Counted from the stretch's first letter, positions 25,038 to 39,263 are shown. The stretch is DNA of 64,000 nt from Selaginella moellendorffii (GCF_000143415.4 NW_003314262.1:947644-1011643), one strand, 5' to 3'. A program made the numbers and translations. Notes: generated by a model not told the origin, from the letters alone.

Positions 25038-28000
25038 TGTTAGGCACCAGCTTTGACTACATGGTCAACGTCGGTCAAAAGGAGGCTCAAGGGTATATTA
25101 AGGTATGTTAGGGTATTGGATTGAACCTACCCTAGGGCTCACAGTGGAGCTTTTGAGGTAGCTCGGGGGTGGTTGGGTGGTGAGGAACCTCAAGAGGTGG
25201 TGTAGCATAGTCTAGGGCAATTAGATCTCTATCTTTTTGTGCCGGATCATAACATTGGTATTATAGAATTATAGACAGGGTTGTCATCATTACAGCGAAC
25301 TTGGACACTACAAGGCTAATTGTCTGTAGTTGAAGAACAAGCAGCAGGACAAGAAGAATGGCCAATCTTCTTCTCACGATAAGTTAGATACTAAAAAGTT
25401 GCAAACTTTGCAGCATGAGGATGCAGAGAACAACCATTCTAGTCAGAGGAAGTGACTTTCGATCGTTGCTCATCAGCTCAACTGTGTGTGGAACAAGATG
25501 GAGCTCGAGGATACACATGAATCAGCTTTAATGCTGGAGGGCGTGTTCTGTGGCGATCCAGTGCGGATTTTACTGGATAGTGGGAGCGATGAAAACTTTG
25601 TTTCGGCAAAGTTTGTTGCGGAGCATGGCCTGGTCACACACGGAGTTCTTCCATACACAGTGGAAGGTGCAGCTACCTCTACTCAGCATTTTGATGCTTG
25701 TGGCGAGGGGCTGGAAGTGTTGGTTGGCAAAACCACACTTGTGGAGACTTTTTATCTCGCGGATATCCATCGTGTGGATCTCATTCTCGGGATGCCATGG
25801 TTGGTGAAGGTGGATCCAGAGATAAAGTGGAGTATTAAGCATATCTCGCTGGAGTATGGTGGTGTTAAAGATGTGTGGTTTGGCGAGGGCGTTCAACCAC
25901 CAGTTGTTATGCTCTCTGCTACATCTTTGAAGCGGGCTTGTCGTAATGGAAAAGTACTTTCGAGTTACTTGCTGTTTGTTCGTGACTTGGGGGACCAAGG
26001 CACGTGTGTGGGAGAAGCAATAGTATGGGAAGTACTAGACTAGTTTTCTAATGTTTTTCCACATGAACTTCCTCATGGGTTGCCTCCATTACGAGGTGTG
26101 GAGCATGGGATTACATTGGAGCCGGGGACGCGGCCAATTTACCGGCGTCCATTTCGGTTAAGTTATGCAGAGGAGCAAGAAGTTCAATGACAAGTCAAGG
26201 AGTTACTTGAGTTTGGATTTATTCAGCCAAGTAAGTCTCCATTTGGTGCTCTGGTCTTGCTTGTGAAGAAGAAAGATGGTTCAATGCGGATGTGTATTGA
26301 CTACCGCGCTTTAAACAAGAAGACAGTGAAGGATAAAATGCCGATGCCACGTGTGGATGATATCCTAGACAAGCTTGGTGAAGCACGAGTGTTTACCAAG
26401 ATTGATCTAAGGAGTGGATATCATCAGATTGCAATGGATGATGCATCTATCTCCAAGATAGCATTCAACAAAAGCTTCGGACATTTTGAGTTTACAGTTA
26501 TGCCGTTTGGTTTGACGAATGCACCGGCCACATTTACTCGGTTGATGACGGAGGTATTTGGGCGTTATCTTCATGAGTTTGTGGAGATTTTCTTGGACAA
26601 TATTCTTGTGTTTATCAAGAATATGGAGGAGCATAGGATGCATTTGCGCAAGGTTCTTTTGTTACTTCGAGACAGAAAACTTTATGAGAAGAAGAGCAAA
26701 TGTGAATTTGCAAAGTCAGAGGTGAAATATCTAGGCCATATTGTGACATCTAAGGGTGTCAAGACGGATCCAAGGAAGGTGGCTGTGGTGGAAAACTGGC
26801 CTACACTGACTATAGTGGCCGAGTTGCGCAGTTTTCTTGGTATGGCTAGTTACTACTGACGTTTCCAGCATAAGTTTGCAGAGGTGGCTATTCCTTTGAT
26901 GCGGTTGTTACGCAAGAATGTGCCATTCGAGTGGAAGAAGCCACAAGAGGAGAGTTTTGTGGCACTGAAACGATTGTTGAGCGAGACTCCAGTGCTTCGC
27001 ATTGCTGATCCATCGAAACCTTACGAGGTGACATGCGATGCGAGTGGTTATGCACTAGGAGGCGTTCTCATGCAAGAGGGACAGCCTATTGCATATGAGA
27101 GTCGAACTTTGAATTCCGCGGGGCAACGCTATTCCACATATGAGCAAGAGTTACTCTCTATTGTTCATGCTTTGCAGACATGGTGGCACTATCTTTATGG
27201 TGCAGTGTTCGTGGTGTTGACAGATCACAAACCACTTGTGTATCTTTTCACATAGAAGGATTTGAACACTAAACAAGCTCATTGGATGGTCAAACTCATG
27301 AAGTTTAGGGAGTTTTCTATTGAGCATCGTTCAGCAAAATCAAATGTGGTGGCAGATGCTTTATCTCGTGTTTATCATGTGATGATGTTACAAACACGAT
27401 TTTGTCATCATTTCAATAAGGTGGTCAACGAGTTTGGGCAGTTGGTTGAGCATGCTCAGGCTTAGGATGCTGAGGTGGCCTCTTTGCGAGACCAGATGGA
27501 AGCTCCTTTCTCATTGGTGGATGGGATTCTCTACTACAATGGCCGTGTATATTTGCCATGGGTGGATGCGTTAATTACTCAAGTTTTATTCTACTATCAT
27601 GATCGTCTAGAGGCCGGTCATTTTGGGGGGAAGAAGACGTATGAGTTGATTAAGTGCAACTTTTATTGGAGGAATATAAAGGTTGATATCCTCAAGTATT
27701 GTAAATCATGCGAGCTTTGTCAGCGGGTTAAAGTGCCACTGGAGAAGCCGGGGGGACTTTTGCAACCTTTACCTATTCGTCAAAGCCGTTGGTGTAGTAT
27801 CTCTATCGACTTCATCACTTATTTGCCACAAACACAGAGGCAAAAGGAGCAAGTATGGGTCATAGTGGATCAGTTGACAAAGTATGTGCTGTTGTTGGCT
27901 CTTCGAAAGACTGTCACTGCCTCAAACTTGGCTACGGTTTACTTGGAGAAGGTTTTTCCTGATTTTGGTTTGCTGGAGGATATCATTAGTGATTGAGATT

Positions 28001-29041
28001 CAAAGTTCACTAGTGGATTTTGGAAAAGCTTTGCAAAGGCTATGCAAGTGACTTTGAAACTCTCGAGTGGAGATCATCCTTAGACGGATGGGAAAATCGA
28101 GTGTGTGAATCATTTGGTGGAGGATATGCTATGTTGTAGCATTGGTCAAAGGCAAGGACAGTGGGATTTATATCTTTCGTTGGTGCAATTTGCTTACAAC
28201 AATAACAAACACAGTGGAACCAAGCTAAGTCCTTACTTTGCCATGTTTGGAAGGCATTCTTGAATAGCAGTGGAGTTGGGATTGCATTTGAGTAAGGATG
28301 TTCAAGATAAGCTTGATTCCAAGGCAACTGATCTGGCCACAAAACTTGATGAGATTCTGGTGGTGTGCAAACAAAATTTGCAAGCAGCTCAGGATAGAGC
28401 GGAGAAGTTTGCCAATGAGCATTGCAAATTCTAGGAATATAAGGTGGGTGATCTCGTCTTTGTGCGTATAATCTTTTCGTCAAGTGAGCGGCAGAACACC
28501 TTGGTGCCTTTATAGACAGGGAAGAGTGATAAACTTTCCTATCGATATGCTGGTCCATATGAAGTGCTGGAGCGCATTGGTATAGCAGCTTATAGGGTGC
28601 GGCTGCCAGCTAGATTGAAAATTCATCCGATATTTTATGTCAGCCAGTTCAAAGTTGTACTATCTCGGAGTGACGGGCCCAAAGCCTCCTTGATGTAAAC
28701 GGCTGTGGAAGATGGACCAGGAGCTTGAGCAGAGTTCCCTAGAAAGGGTGATCACCGGTACAACTCGTCCTTGGGACAAGGACTTTGTTGGGGGGGAAGA
28801 ATTGTTAGGCACCAGCTTTGACTACATGGTCAACGTCGGTTAAAGGGAGGCTCAAGGGTATATTAAGGCATGGTATTGGACTAAACCTACCCTAGGGCTC
28901 ACAGTGGAGCGGCGGCGCAGTGGAGCTTTTGAGGTAGCTCGGGGGTGGTTGGGTGGTGAGGAACCTCAAGAGGTGGCGTAGTATAGTCTTGGGCAACTAG
29001 ATCTTTGTTTTTTTGCGCCGGATCATAACATTGGTATCAGA
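25038..29041 (+). mobile_element. Family C Ty3/gypsy, gag largely deleted, pol pseudogene (PR-RT-RH-IN)
   Basis: LTRs 25038-25254 and 28803-29030; PPT before 28803. LLDSGS protease, [10 protein letters not shown] and [18 protein letters not shown] RNase H, SIDFIT integrase; many in-frame TAG/TGA stops. Confidence 0.93.
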
Positions 29042-29141
29042 NNNNNNNNNNNNNNNNNNNNNNNNNNNNNNNNNNNNNNNNNNNNNNNNNNNNNNNNNNN
29101 NNNNNNNNNNNNNNNNNNNNNNNNNNNNNNNNNNNNNNNNN
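29042..29141. other. Assembly gap (100 N)
   Basis: Run of N. Confidence 1.
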
Positions 29142-31158
29142 ATTCGGACTCAGACTCGAAGACTCGGTCCTTTGGTCTCGGTTTCGAACTTAGACTCAGA
29201 CTCGATCTTAATCTCGGTCTCAGTCTCGGTCTTGGACTTCATCTTGGATCCATCTTGGGTCCCTTTTCTAGAGACTCATTGTTTGCTTCGTACTTGTTCC
29301 TCGAGCACTTCATTTGGAGTTCCACTCCCGCTCTCAACCTTTCAAGTCGGAGCTTTTAGTCCAAATGTGTTACACTCGTTTGGCTTTCACTTCAGCCATT
29401 ACCATATGCCACCCTTTCGACTCCACTTTGGGGCTTAGAGATATGTGTCTCACAACTCCACCACCATATACAATGTTTAATGTCCTCATTAAAGGATAAA
29501 CCATTTTATAAGGTAACCCCATGATGAGTTACCATTATCCTCATCGAATGATAAACTATTTTATAAAGTAATATTAGCATGTATCACCCTTTCCATCCTT
29601 GGCACCTAGCCAATATTCATCAATGGTTTGACACCGAAGGCTCATTATGCCTTGTCCATCCTCTAAGGAATATAGTCTCTCCAACTTAGAGACTCATTCA
29701 ACCATTTGTGGTGGTTCTCTCCTTTTGTTGGTTTAATTCTTGTTAAACCTATTAGAGACACCTTTTCTATCTTAATCCCACTACTCATTCTCAAGTAATT
29801 TTAGTTTCCATTGATATAACCTTTGCGCTTTAGAATTTTTATTTTTGACTTCTCAGAGTCAATTTCTTATGTGTCTTCAACACCTTGTATTGCACATTTG
29901 GTGCAACTCCACTTCCCCATCCTAAGAAGTTTTGTACTTGAGGGCACTATCATCCTCTTTTTTATTTTGCGCTACCTTTAACACTAAGTTTTAGTTATTA
30001 TAATTTGTGTTAGGGTTGTTCATGGCCTTATCATTTGGCTACCTTACTGCTCCCTCTGTTGGAGCTTCCACCTTCAATAAATCAGAGCAATTGGGAATCC
30101 ATCCTTGGAAATACATTGCCTCCCCACAATCTGTTAGCATCCAACACATTAATGTTCCTCACCTAACTTTGCCATCCTGTCCTATGATTCCCATGGCTCT
30201 TTTCTTAGCCACTAGTCGTTTGCTCCATTTCATTAATTGTTGCACCAAGCAATATAGGATCATTACCTCCATCCTTAAGGTATTCTTTTGGTTCCATGGC
30301 AAAAGCTCCACTTTGCCAAGTCCAAAGGGTGCTCACCATTAGTAGGTTTCTTTAGCTTTTCTGCTATGGGTTCCATTTATGGCCCAACTTTGTGACCCTC
30401 CTATAGGTCTCTCCTAGAGATTACTTTCTTTGGACTCGCTATGCCATCGCATTAACATAGCTCATTTCCCTTAAGTGTTCTTCCCACTTAGTCACTTGAC
30501 TAAACCACACCATTTAGCCACAAGATCGCCTAGTGATCTCATCTTGGCATCTTAACAGATTTGCTAATAGGTACTAGGTTTTCCAGACCTTTAAGTTGTT
30601 GACCATGACCCCAGAGGCATCCCCCACACTTGGCAGTGCACCCAAGCCAACCCTTCCGGCCAAGAGTCCATAGCAACTAAGACTAAGTGTCCCATCTCAT
30701 TCACCACGTCCTTGGTGCCACTTGCACCAAAATGTTCAAGTTAGATATGTTGAGCTTTCACACTAAGCAATCTAACCATGCATCACAACTCTGGGACATC
30801 CCTTGCTTGGCGGTGTGCCCAAGCTAGTCTCCTTATTAAGAGTCCATAACCACCGAAAAATAAGTGTCCTCATATTCCAAACCATCACTTCGCCCTAGTG
30901 AGTTAGGACTCCAACCCAAGCACTAAAGGGTTGAGACTCGAACCCAACCTCCATATATGCATCTACGGAAGGCATCATCCAGGATGTCTAGCATGACTCC
31001 CCATGCTAATGCACCAATTTAATTCCAAAGCGCATTACAAATCACAGCTTAAGAACCTAGTCTTCCAAATGGTCAAGTCCTCTCACTTGACAAGTTTGTG
31101 ATTATGCATGAACTCTTCTATGCTTGGCTTCATGGGCCACCCATTTTGAAGTCAACTC

Positions 31159-34100
31159 TGTAAGCGACTAAATTTTCCATTCTACTTTAGTCACTTAACC
31201 ACACCTTCGACCACTTGGAGGAGTCTTATTCACAACCTCCATCAGTCCAATTCAGGACTTGGGACTTGCTAGCCCCAAGAATGGCATCCCTGCCACTCAA
31301 CACTTGCACCTGGTCCAAGTGCTCCACGTGTCCGGTCCCAAGACCGACACCCAAAGGTACCACTGACATCTCGGCCCGTTACGCTAAGGCCAGGCCCATT
31401 CACCTTTGCTGCACTAGTGGTCCAACACCACTTGCATCACCACCTCGTCTCTCCAAGACTGGGCCATGTGTCCGAGTGGTCATCCTAGATCCACTCCTTA
31501 GCATCCTTAGGATGCCCACAGACCTGGGGAATCGCCTTCCCCAAAGTCCCTTTGTCAGTTCCTACCAAGTCCCTTTCTGCCCCTGGCCGTGTTTGCCAAC
31601 ACTGCCACTGGATCGAGGCCCACAGGCCCGACCACTAAGTCCCACGGTCCTCTGGGACTTCCTCACCACATGACTGTGTCCTTGGTCACTACCCCAGAGG
31701 ACTGCTCCTCTTCCTTTCCACAGTCTGGGCCTTTGGGACAACATTTCGGAACACCGTGGCCTTACGCGAGCCACCTGGGTACTCTCCCCACCTATCGCCT
31801 TTAGGTGCTCTAGCCATGGGCTTAGAGCGAGGTTCCGTTGAGCCACGCCTGGTATCCAAGTAGGTAGTGCCACCCACACTTGGACTGGGAGCATCGGCCA
31901 GTCGATCTCCCGGGGGAACTAGAGCCGGCTCTTGAACACTTCACCAAGCTACCCCGCTTGTCGGTCCGTGTTCACTCTAGTCTTGGACTTCCCAGTGGGC
32001 AGCTCATCACCCAACACTGGGTCCGGCCTTCCTGGGCCAAACTGGCCTTTCCTGGCCAAACTGGCTCCACTGCAGTCCTCCCCCTACTATACTTTTGGAG
32101 CTCACCAAAACCCCCAGGGTCTGGGAGACGAACGCTTTGGGCTTTCACCCTCTCAGGCTCCGGACTCGGACTCGGACTCGGACTCGGACTCGGATTCGGA
32201 TTCGGACTCGGACTCGGGCTCGGGCTCGGTCTCAGCCTCGGCCTCGGTCTCAGTCTCGGTCCCGATCTTGGTCTCGGTCTCGGTCTCGGTCTCGGTCCCG
32301 GTCTCGGTCTCGACTTTGGACTCCATCTCGGACTCCATCTCGGACTCCATCTCGGACTCCATCTCGGGTCCATCTCGGGTCCATCTCGGACTCCATCTCG
32401 GACTCCATCTCGGGTCCATCTCGGACTCCATTTCAGGTCCATCTCGGACTCCATCTCGGACTCCATTTCGGGTCTATCTCGGGTCCATCTCGGACTCCAT
32501 CTCGGACTCCATCTCGGGTCCATCTCGGGTCCATCTCGGACTCCATCTCGGACTCCATTTCGGGTCCATCTCGGGTCCATCTCGGACTCCACTTCGGACT
32601 CCAACTCGGGTCCACCTCGGACTCCACTTCGGACTCCATCTCGGACACTCCCACGTGTCATGTGTTGGTCCTTTTGGGTCCCTTTTTGGAGCCTCGCCTT
32701 TTGCTCGCTTCGTGCTCGTTCCTCGAGCACTTCGTTGGGAGTTCCACTCCCGCTCTTGACTTTTCAAGTCAGAGCTTTTGGTCCAAACGTGTTACGCTCG
32801 TTTGGCTCTCGCTTTGGCCACTACCATGTGGTGCCCTTCCGGCTCCACTTTGGGGCCTAGGGATTTTGTGTCTCACAACTCCACCACCCATAGACGAAGT
32901 TCGATGTCCTCATCGAACGGTAAACCCTTTCATAAAGTAACACCCACACGTGTTACCATTTCCATCCTTGGCATCTAGCCAATCTTTGTCTATGGTTTGA
33001 CATCAAAGGCTCACCATGCCTTGTCCATCGTTTAAGGAGCGTAGTCTCTCCAACTTAGAGACTGATTGGACCACATGTAATGGTTCTCCCCTTTTATTGG
33101 TTTAGTTCTCGCTAAACCTTTTAGAGACCCTTCTCTAAGTCAATCCCACTACTCCTTCTCGAGTAGTCTCAATTTCCATCTATTGAATGTTTGCACCTTG
33201 GAACTTTTACTCTTTTGACTTTTTGGGAGTCAATTTCCTAGGTGTCTCCAACACCTTGCATTGCACAGATTGTGCAACTCCACTTCCCTATCCTAGGAAG
33301 TTCATTACTTGAGGCCACCATCATCCTCCCTTCTATTTCGTGCCACCTTGGGCACTAAGTTCCATTTATCATACTTTGTGCTAGGGCTGTCCATGGCCCT
33401 ATCATTTGGCTACCTTACCGCTCCCTCACTTGGAGCCTTTACTTCGCCAAATTGGAGCACTTAGGAATCCGTCCTTGAAAGTCCGCTTCCTTTCCCACAA
33501 GCTGTTAGCATCGAACACATTAGTGTTCCTTGGCTAACTTTGCCATTTGGATCCCTTCCATTAAATTCCATGGCCCAAACTTTGGCCACTAGTCCTTTGC
33601 TCCTATCCGTTGATTGTTGCACCAAGCAACATCGAATCTCTACCTCCCTCCTTGAGGTATTGTTTCGGTTCCATAGCAAAGACTCTTCTTTGCCAAGTCC
33701 GGAGGATGTTCACCCCTAGTACGTCTCTTTAGCATCTTCTGCTATGGGCTCTATCCACAGCCCAACTTCGTGACCCTCCCATGGGTCTTTTATAGAGACT
33801 ACTTTCCTCGGACTCACTATGCCATCTCACGGACATAGTTTATTTCCCTTAGGTGCTTTTCCCACTTGGTCATCACGACCAAGCCACACCACCTTAAACA
33901 GTTCAATTTCAACATTTTGAACCAGGAACTTCATTCCTTAGCCAACCAAGGACCTTGTCCTTATCTAGCCATAAGATCACCTAGTGATCTCACCTTGGCA
34001 CCTTAACAAAGTTGCCAAGAGGTACTTGGTCTTCTAGACCTCCAAGTTGTTGACTATAACCCCGGGGGCATCCCCCACACTTGGCGGTGCACCCAAGCTA

Positions 34101-37100
34101 GCCCTTACGGCCAAGGGTTCATAGCAACTGAGATTAGGTGTCCCCATCTCACTCACCACGACCTTGGTGCCACTTGCACCAAAGTGTTTAAGTTAGATAT
34201 GCTGAGCTTTCACACTAAGCAATCTAACCGTGCATCACGACTCCGAGGCATCCCTCGCTTGGCGGTGTGCCCAAACCAGTCTCCCCACTGAGAGTCCATG
34301 ACCACCGAAATATGAGTGTCCTCATATTCCAAACCATCACCACGCCCTAGTGATTTGGGACTCGAACCCAAGCACTAGAGGGTCGGGACTCGAACCCAAC
34401 CTCCGTATATGCATCTACGGACGGCATCACACTAGATGCCTGGCGTGACTCCCCACGCCGGTGCACCAACTTATTTTTAAAGCGCGCTACAGATCACAGC
34501 TTAGGAACCTAGTTCCTCCACACTGCCAAGTCCTCTCACTTGACATGTCTGTGATCATGCATGGACTCCTCCATGCTCGGCCCCATGGCCCACCCTTTTT
34601 GAAGTTATCACCTTCAACTAGGGTATTTGTTCCCCCGACGTGCCAATCTCACTTGGCAAGTCCTCCGACCACTGTAACATGGTTCCTGCATAAGCATGAA
34701 AGTCCTTCACCATCGACTTTCGTTCAAAGCCCTCTCTTTGAACACTCGGGAACTACTTCCCTAACCTTGATAGCCTTGCCTCATGGCAAGTTTCAAGACC
34801 ACGCTTCTGCTGCGCCACTCTGATTTCGCGCCTTCCATGAACCATTTACACTTGGCCTTTCTAGGTACTAAGCTGCCTAGAATCGTCTTTGGGAACCTTG
34901 AAGGAACTCTGTCCCTCAGCTTGCTAAGGCCTCCCTTTTTGCAAGCCTTCCAAATGCCACATAGTCGAACGTGGACAATTCCATATTTTAGACTCTCCAT
35001 GGCATCACGGTTGCTAGCGGCAACACCCTTGAGCCCCCACTTGATTCTCCACTCCCAGCTGGCATAACCAACCTTGGTTATGCCCTTTGATTCCTATGGT
35101 TCGGTTCTATCCCCTTACTTCTTGCTTTTTGGCTTCACACCTTTCCTTTGGTCATTCTCCTCCAGACCAGGAGGATAGCTTTGCACTTTCTATCTTGCTT
35201 TAGCAAATATTCTTAGGGATGAACCCACCCAATAGCCCAGGGAGTGGTTCCTCAATCCGGGTATGCTCAGCTTATAATCCCACACACTGGGGTTACATTG
35301 TTGCTTATGGGCCTTTACATGCCCATCACTAGCCTTGCCAAAATTCCATTTTTGGCTTCGTCCAACTTGGGTAGACAGTCCTCTCCTGTCTCCGCAACCT
35401 TGGACATTTGGATAGCACCTTCTATCCATCATTCGCTAGGGACTTAGTCCCTTGGGCTTTATCCATTGCCCTCGCGATATCAAACACCACCTTCTGGTGT
35501 TCTAGAGTGTTCGGGTGTCCCAATGATGGCTTTCTTGACAATGAGTATTTCCTTTTATGACATTGACTTACTATATCGCAACATAAGAAACTTATCCCCC
35601 TGTAAGGGTATATCCGACTTCCCTATACTAGAAGTCTTGAGTAGCTACCTTCTACCCGTTTAATCAGTTATTTTGCACCTCTTGCTTAGTTGCCTCATAG
35701 TTGTCAAGTCCTACAACTCATTGCTTGGTGCTTTCACACCTCCATCACTATCTGGGTCACCACACTCCAACTGCATGCTCTGCAGCTTAAGCTATGCCAT
35801 TCCCATTTCCATTGGGATTCCTTTGGCAAGGGGTTCTCATGAACCCACCAACATAGCCTCAAGGTATCACACCTTGGCACATTTGGTGTCTCCACACCAT
35901 CGGCTCCACGAGCCTACCTCTATGACATTTCCCTTCGTGTCTAAGTCTTTGCCAAGACCAACACCGCTCTTTCTCATGCCAACCATCTGTTAGCACTGCC
36001 CCATAGAGGTCACACACAACTTTATGTCAAAGTTGTTTTCTTCTGGGAACACCTTTCCCATAACTTTAGCATGGCACATTTTGCCATCGATGAGATACTC
36101 TCTATTCTCATCCTTGGATCCTATGATCCCCCCCCATCCTTTGTGGGGTACAACGCACCTCAGTCCAAATGCTTCATTCAGTCCTTTTTAGGACTCTCTT
36201 TGAGGAAAACCATATACTGTTCCCAAGATCCCAAAGTCGTTCCATTATTGGCCCTTTTCTATCCACCACCTCATCTACAAGTTCACACATGAACTGTAAT
36301 GGAGAGCCATGTCTTCCCGACTTACTACTCCTCAAGGATAGGCCCACTCCTCGGACCTCCCGATGCCAACACTAGTGGTGATATACTTGAGCACCAATAA
36401 AAGTCGGACTAAGGAACAGCTCCGATACCAAGTTGTAAGCGACTAAATTTTCCATTCTACTTTAGTCACTTAACCACACCTTCGACCACTTGGAGGAGTC
36501 TTATTCACAACCTCCATCAGTCCAATTCAGGACTTGGGACTTGCTAGCCCCAAGAATGGCATCCCTGCCACTCAACACTTGCACCTGGTCCAAGTGCTCC
36601 ACGTGTCCGGTCCCAAGACCGACACCCAAAGGTACCACTGACATCTCGGCCCGTTACGCTAAGGCCAGGCCCATTCACCTTTGCTGCACTAGTGGTCCAA
36701 CACCACTTGCATCACCACCTCGTCTCTCCAAGACTGGGCCATGTGTCCGAGTGGTCATCCTAGATCCACTCCTTAGCATCCTTAGGATGCCCACAGACCT
36801 GGGGAATCGCCTTCCCCAAAGTCCCTTTGTCAGTTCCTACCAAGTCCCTTTCTGCCCCTGGCCGTGTTTGCCAACACTGCCACTGGATCGAGGCCCACCG
36901 GCCCGACCACTAAGTCCCACGGTCCTCTGGGACTTCCTCACCACATGACTGTGTCCTTGGTCACTACCCCAGAGGACTGCTCCTCTTCCTTTCCACAGTC
37001 TGGGCCTTTGGGACAACATTTCGGAACACCGTGGCCTTACGCGAGCCACTTGGGTACTCTCCCCACCTATCGCCTTTAGGTGCTCTAGCCATGGGCTTAG

Positions 37101-37984
37101 AGCGAGGTTCCGTTGAGCCACGCCTGGTATCCAAGTAGGTAGTGCCACCCACACTTGGACTGGGAGCATCGGCCAGTCGATCTCCCGGGGGAACTAGAGC
37201 CGGCTCTTGAACACTTCACCAAGCTACCCCGCTTGTCGGTCCGTGTTCACTCTAGTCTTGGACTTCCCAGTGGGCAGCTCATCACCCAACACTGGGTCCG
37301 GCCTTCCTGGGCCAAACTGGCCTTTCCTGGCCAAACTGGCTCCACTGCAGTCCTCCCCCTACTATACTTTTGGAGCTCACCAAAACCCCCAGGGTCTGGG
37401 AGACGAACGCTTTGGGCTTTCACCCTCTCAGGCTCCGGACTCGGACTCGGACTCGGACTCGGACTCGGATTCGGATTCGGACTCGGACTCGGGCTCGGGC
37501 TCGGTCTCAGCCTCGGCCTCGGTCTCAGTCTCGGTCCCGATCTCGGTCTCGGTCTCAGTCTCGGTCCCGGTCTCGGTCTCAACTTCGGACTCCATCTCGG
37601 ACTCCATCTCGGACTCCATCTTGGGTCCATCTCGGGTCCATCTCGGACTCCATCTCGGACTCCATTTCGGGTCCATCTCGGGTCCATCTCGGACTCCACT
37701 TCGGACTCCAACTCGGGTCCACCTCGGACTCCACTTCGGACTCTATCTCAGACACTCCCACGTGTCATGTGTTGGTCCTTTTGGGTCCCTTTTTGGAGCC
37801 TCGCCTTTTGCTCGCTTCGTGCTCGTTCCTCAAGCACTTCGTTGGGAGTTCCACTCCCGCTCTTGACTTTTCAAGTCGGAGCTTTTGGTCCAAACGTGTT
37901 ACGCTCGTTTGGCTCTCGCTTTGGCCACTACCATGTGGCGCCCTTCCGGCTCCACTTTGGGGCCTAGGGATTTTGTGTCTCACA
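31159..37984 (-). mobile_element. Young full-length non-autonomous LTR element (LARD-like, family B)
   Basis: LTRs 31159-32877 and 36434-37984, near-identical except array length. PBS TGGTATCGGAGC (36419-36430, minus) and PPT CTATGGGTGGTGGAGT (32878-32893, minus). Flanks AACTC / AACAC. 3.5-kb internal region has no sense ORF above ~80 aa. Confidence 0.92.
34060..34460 (-). other. Structured RNA element in family B, homologous to family A 3' UTR (junction domain present twice)
   Basis: Hairpin series with two GGG-TTCGAGT-CCC T-loops, GACA-tetraloop hairpins and four-way-junction domains. Compensatory changes relative to 44188-44430. Confidence 0.7.
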
Positions 37985-39263
37985 AACACCTTCAACTAGG
38001 GCCTTTGTCCCTCTGACTTGCCAATCTCAATTAGCAAGTCATTTGACCACCATAACATGGTTTTATACATAAGTGTGAAAGTCTTTAACTATTAACTTTC
38101 TGTAAGGAACCGACTCCCCGAGATGTCGTAGGCTAAAGGATCCCCAAAAGCTTGACCGAAGTGACAAAGAGTTCATCGGATGGGACCAAGTCGAGGATCG
38201 AGTCCAAGACCGACTCTAGGACCGAGTTCGAGATAGAGTCCGGAATCGAGTCCGAGACCGACTCGGGGACCGAGTTCGAGTCCGAGTTCGAGACCGAGTT
38301 CGAGACGGAGTCCGAGATCCGAAATCGGGTCCAAGACCGAGTCCGAGGTCGAGTCCGAGGTCGGGTCCGAGATCGGGTCCGAGATCGGGTCCGAGATCGA
38401 GTCCGTGATCGAGTCCGAACCCGAATCCGAAGTCGGATCCGAAATCGGGTCCGAGATCGAGCCAGAGACTAAGTCCAAATACTAATACGGGTCAAGGGGT
38501 GAAAGCCCAAAGCGTGCGTCTCCCAGGGGGGGGGGGCTGCAGGGGGTTCCAAAAGTATAGTCGGGATAGTGAGGTCCAGGAACCAGTTTTGAAGGGACTC
38601 TCCAGTTGGGCTTCCAAACCGACTTGAGGTTGGGACTGGGACCGAGGGGCCTTGGGTGGGAGTGAGCATGGACTTGGCTGGTGCCGGAGGGGCCATCCAA
38701 GGAAGTGCTCAAGAGCAGCTCCCACTCCCGAAAGGGAAACCGATTGCGGTGCTCCCGGCTCATGTGGAGTGGTGCCCCACTTGAGTACCATGCGGCTCAT
38801 TGGTCCTCGCCCTTCCTAGGGGCTTGGGCCTTCCTTCGGGATGGAAGTGGGGGGCGAGAGGTACCCATACCGGGCCGCTAGGCCACGGTGTTTCGCCCCG
38901 GCGTCCCGAAGCAAGTGTTGCACTCAAGACTTGGGATTTAGAGGGTCCCATGATCAAGTCTTGTGGTACCAAGGGATGTTAGGAACCTGGAAGCTTGGTG
39001 TGCTTGGCTGCTTGTGCTTGCGGGGAGTGTAGCCGAACCTTAAGTCCAGTCTAACCCGGGGAGGGGGATTGGGAGTGATTTGGGAATCCATGGAAGGATG
39101 GCTAACACTCCGTTGCTCGTGCAGTGAGTAGCTGAAACCAAGTAGGAGCTGGTACCATAGGCGAGAACCTTGGCGAGGGAACTTAGCAAAAGCCAAGGCA
39201 GTGTTGGACGGATAGGCGAGGTAAGCTGGCAAAGTGGAAAGGAAAAATTTGTGGCTTACAATT

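Noticed and set aside
26038-28100. Programmed readthrough or RNA editing of stops in family C pol
   Set aside because: Stops sit at CAG/CGA positions, as expected from methyl-C deamination; the RT motif is also mutated (FLDN).
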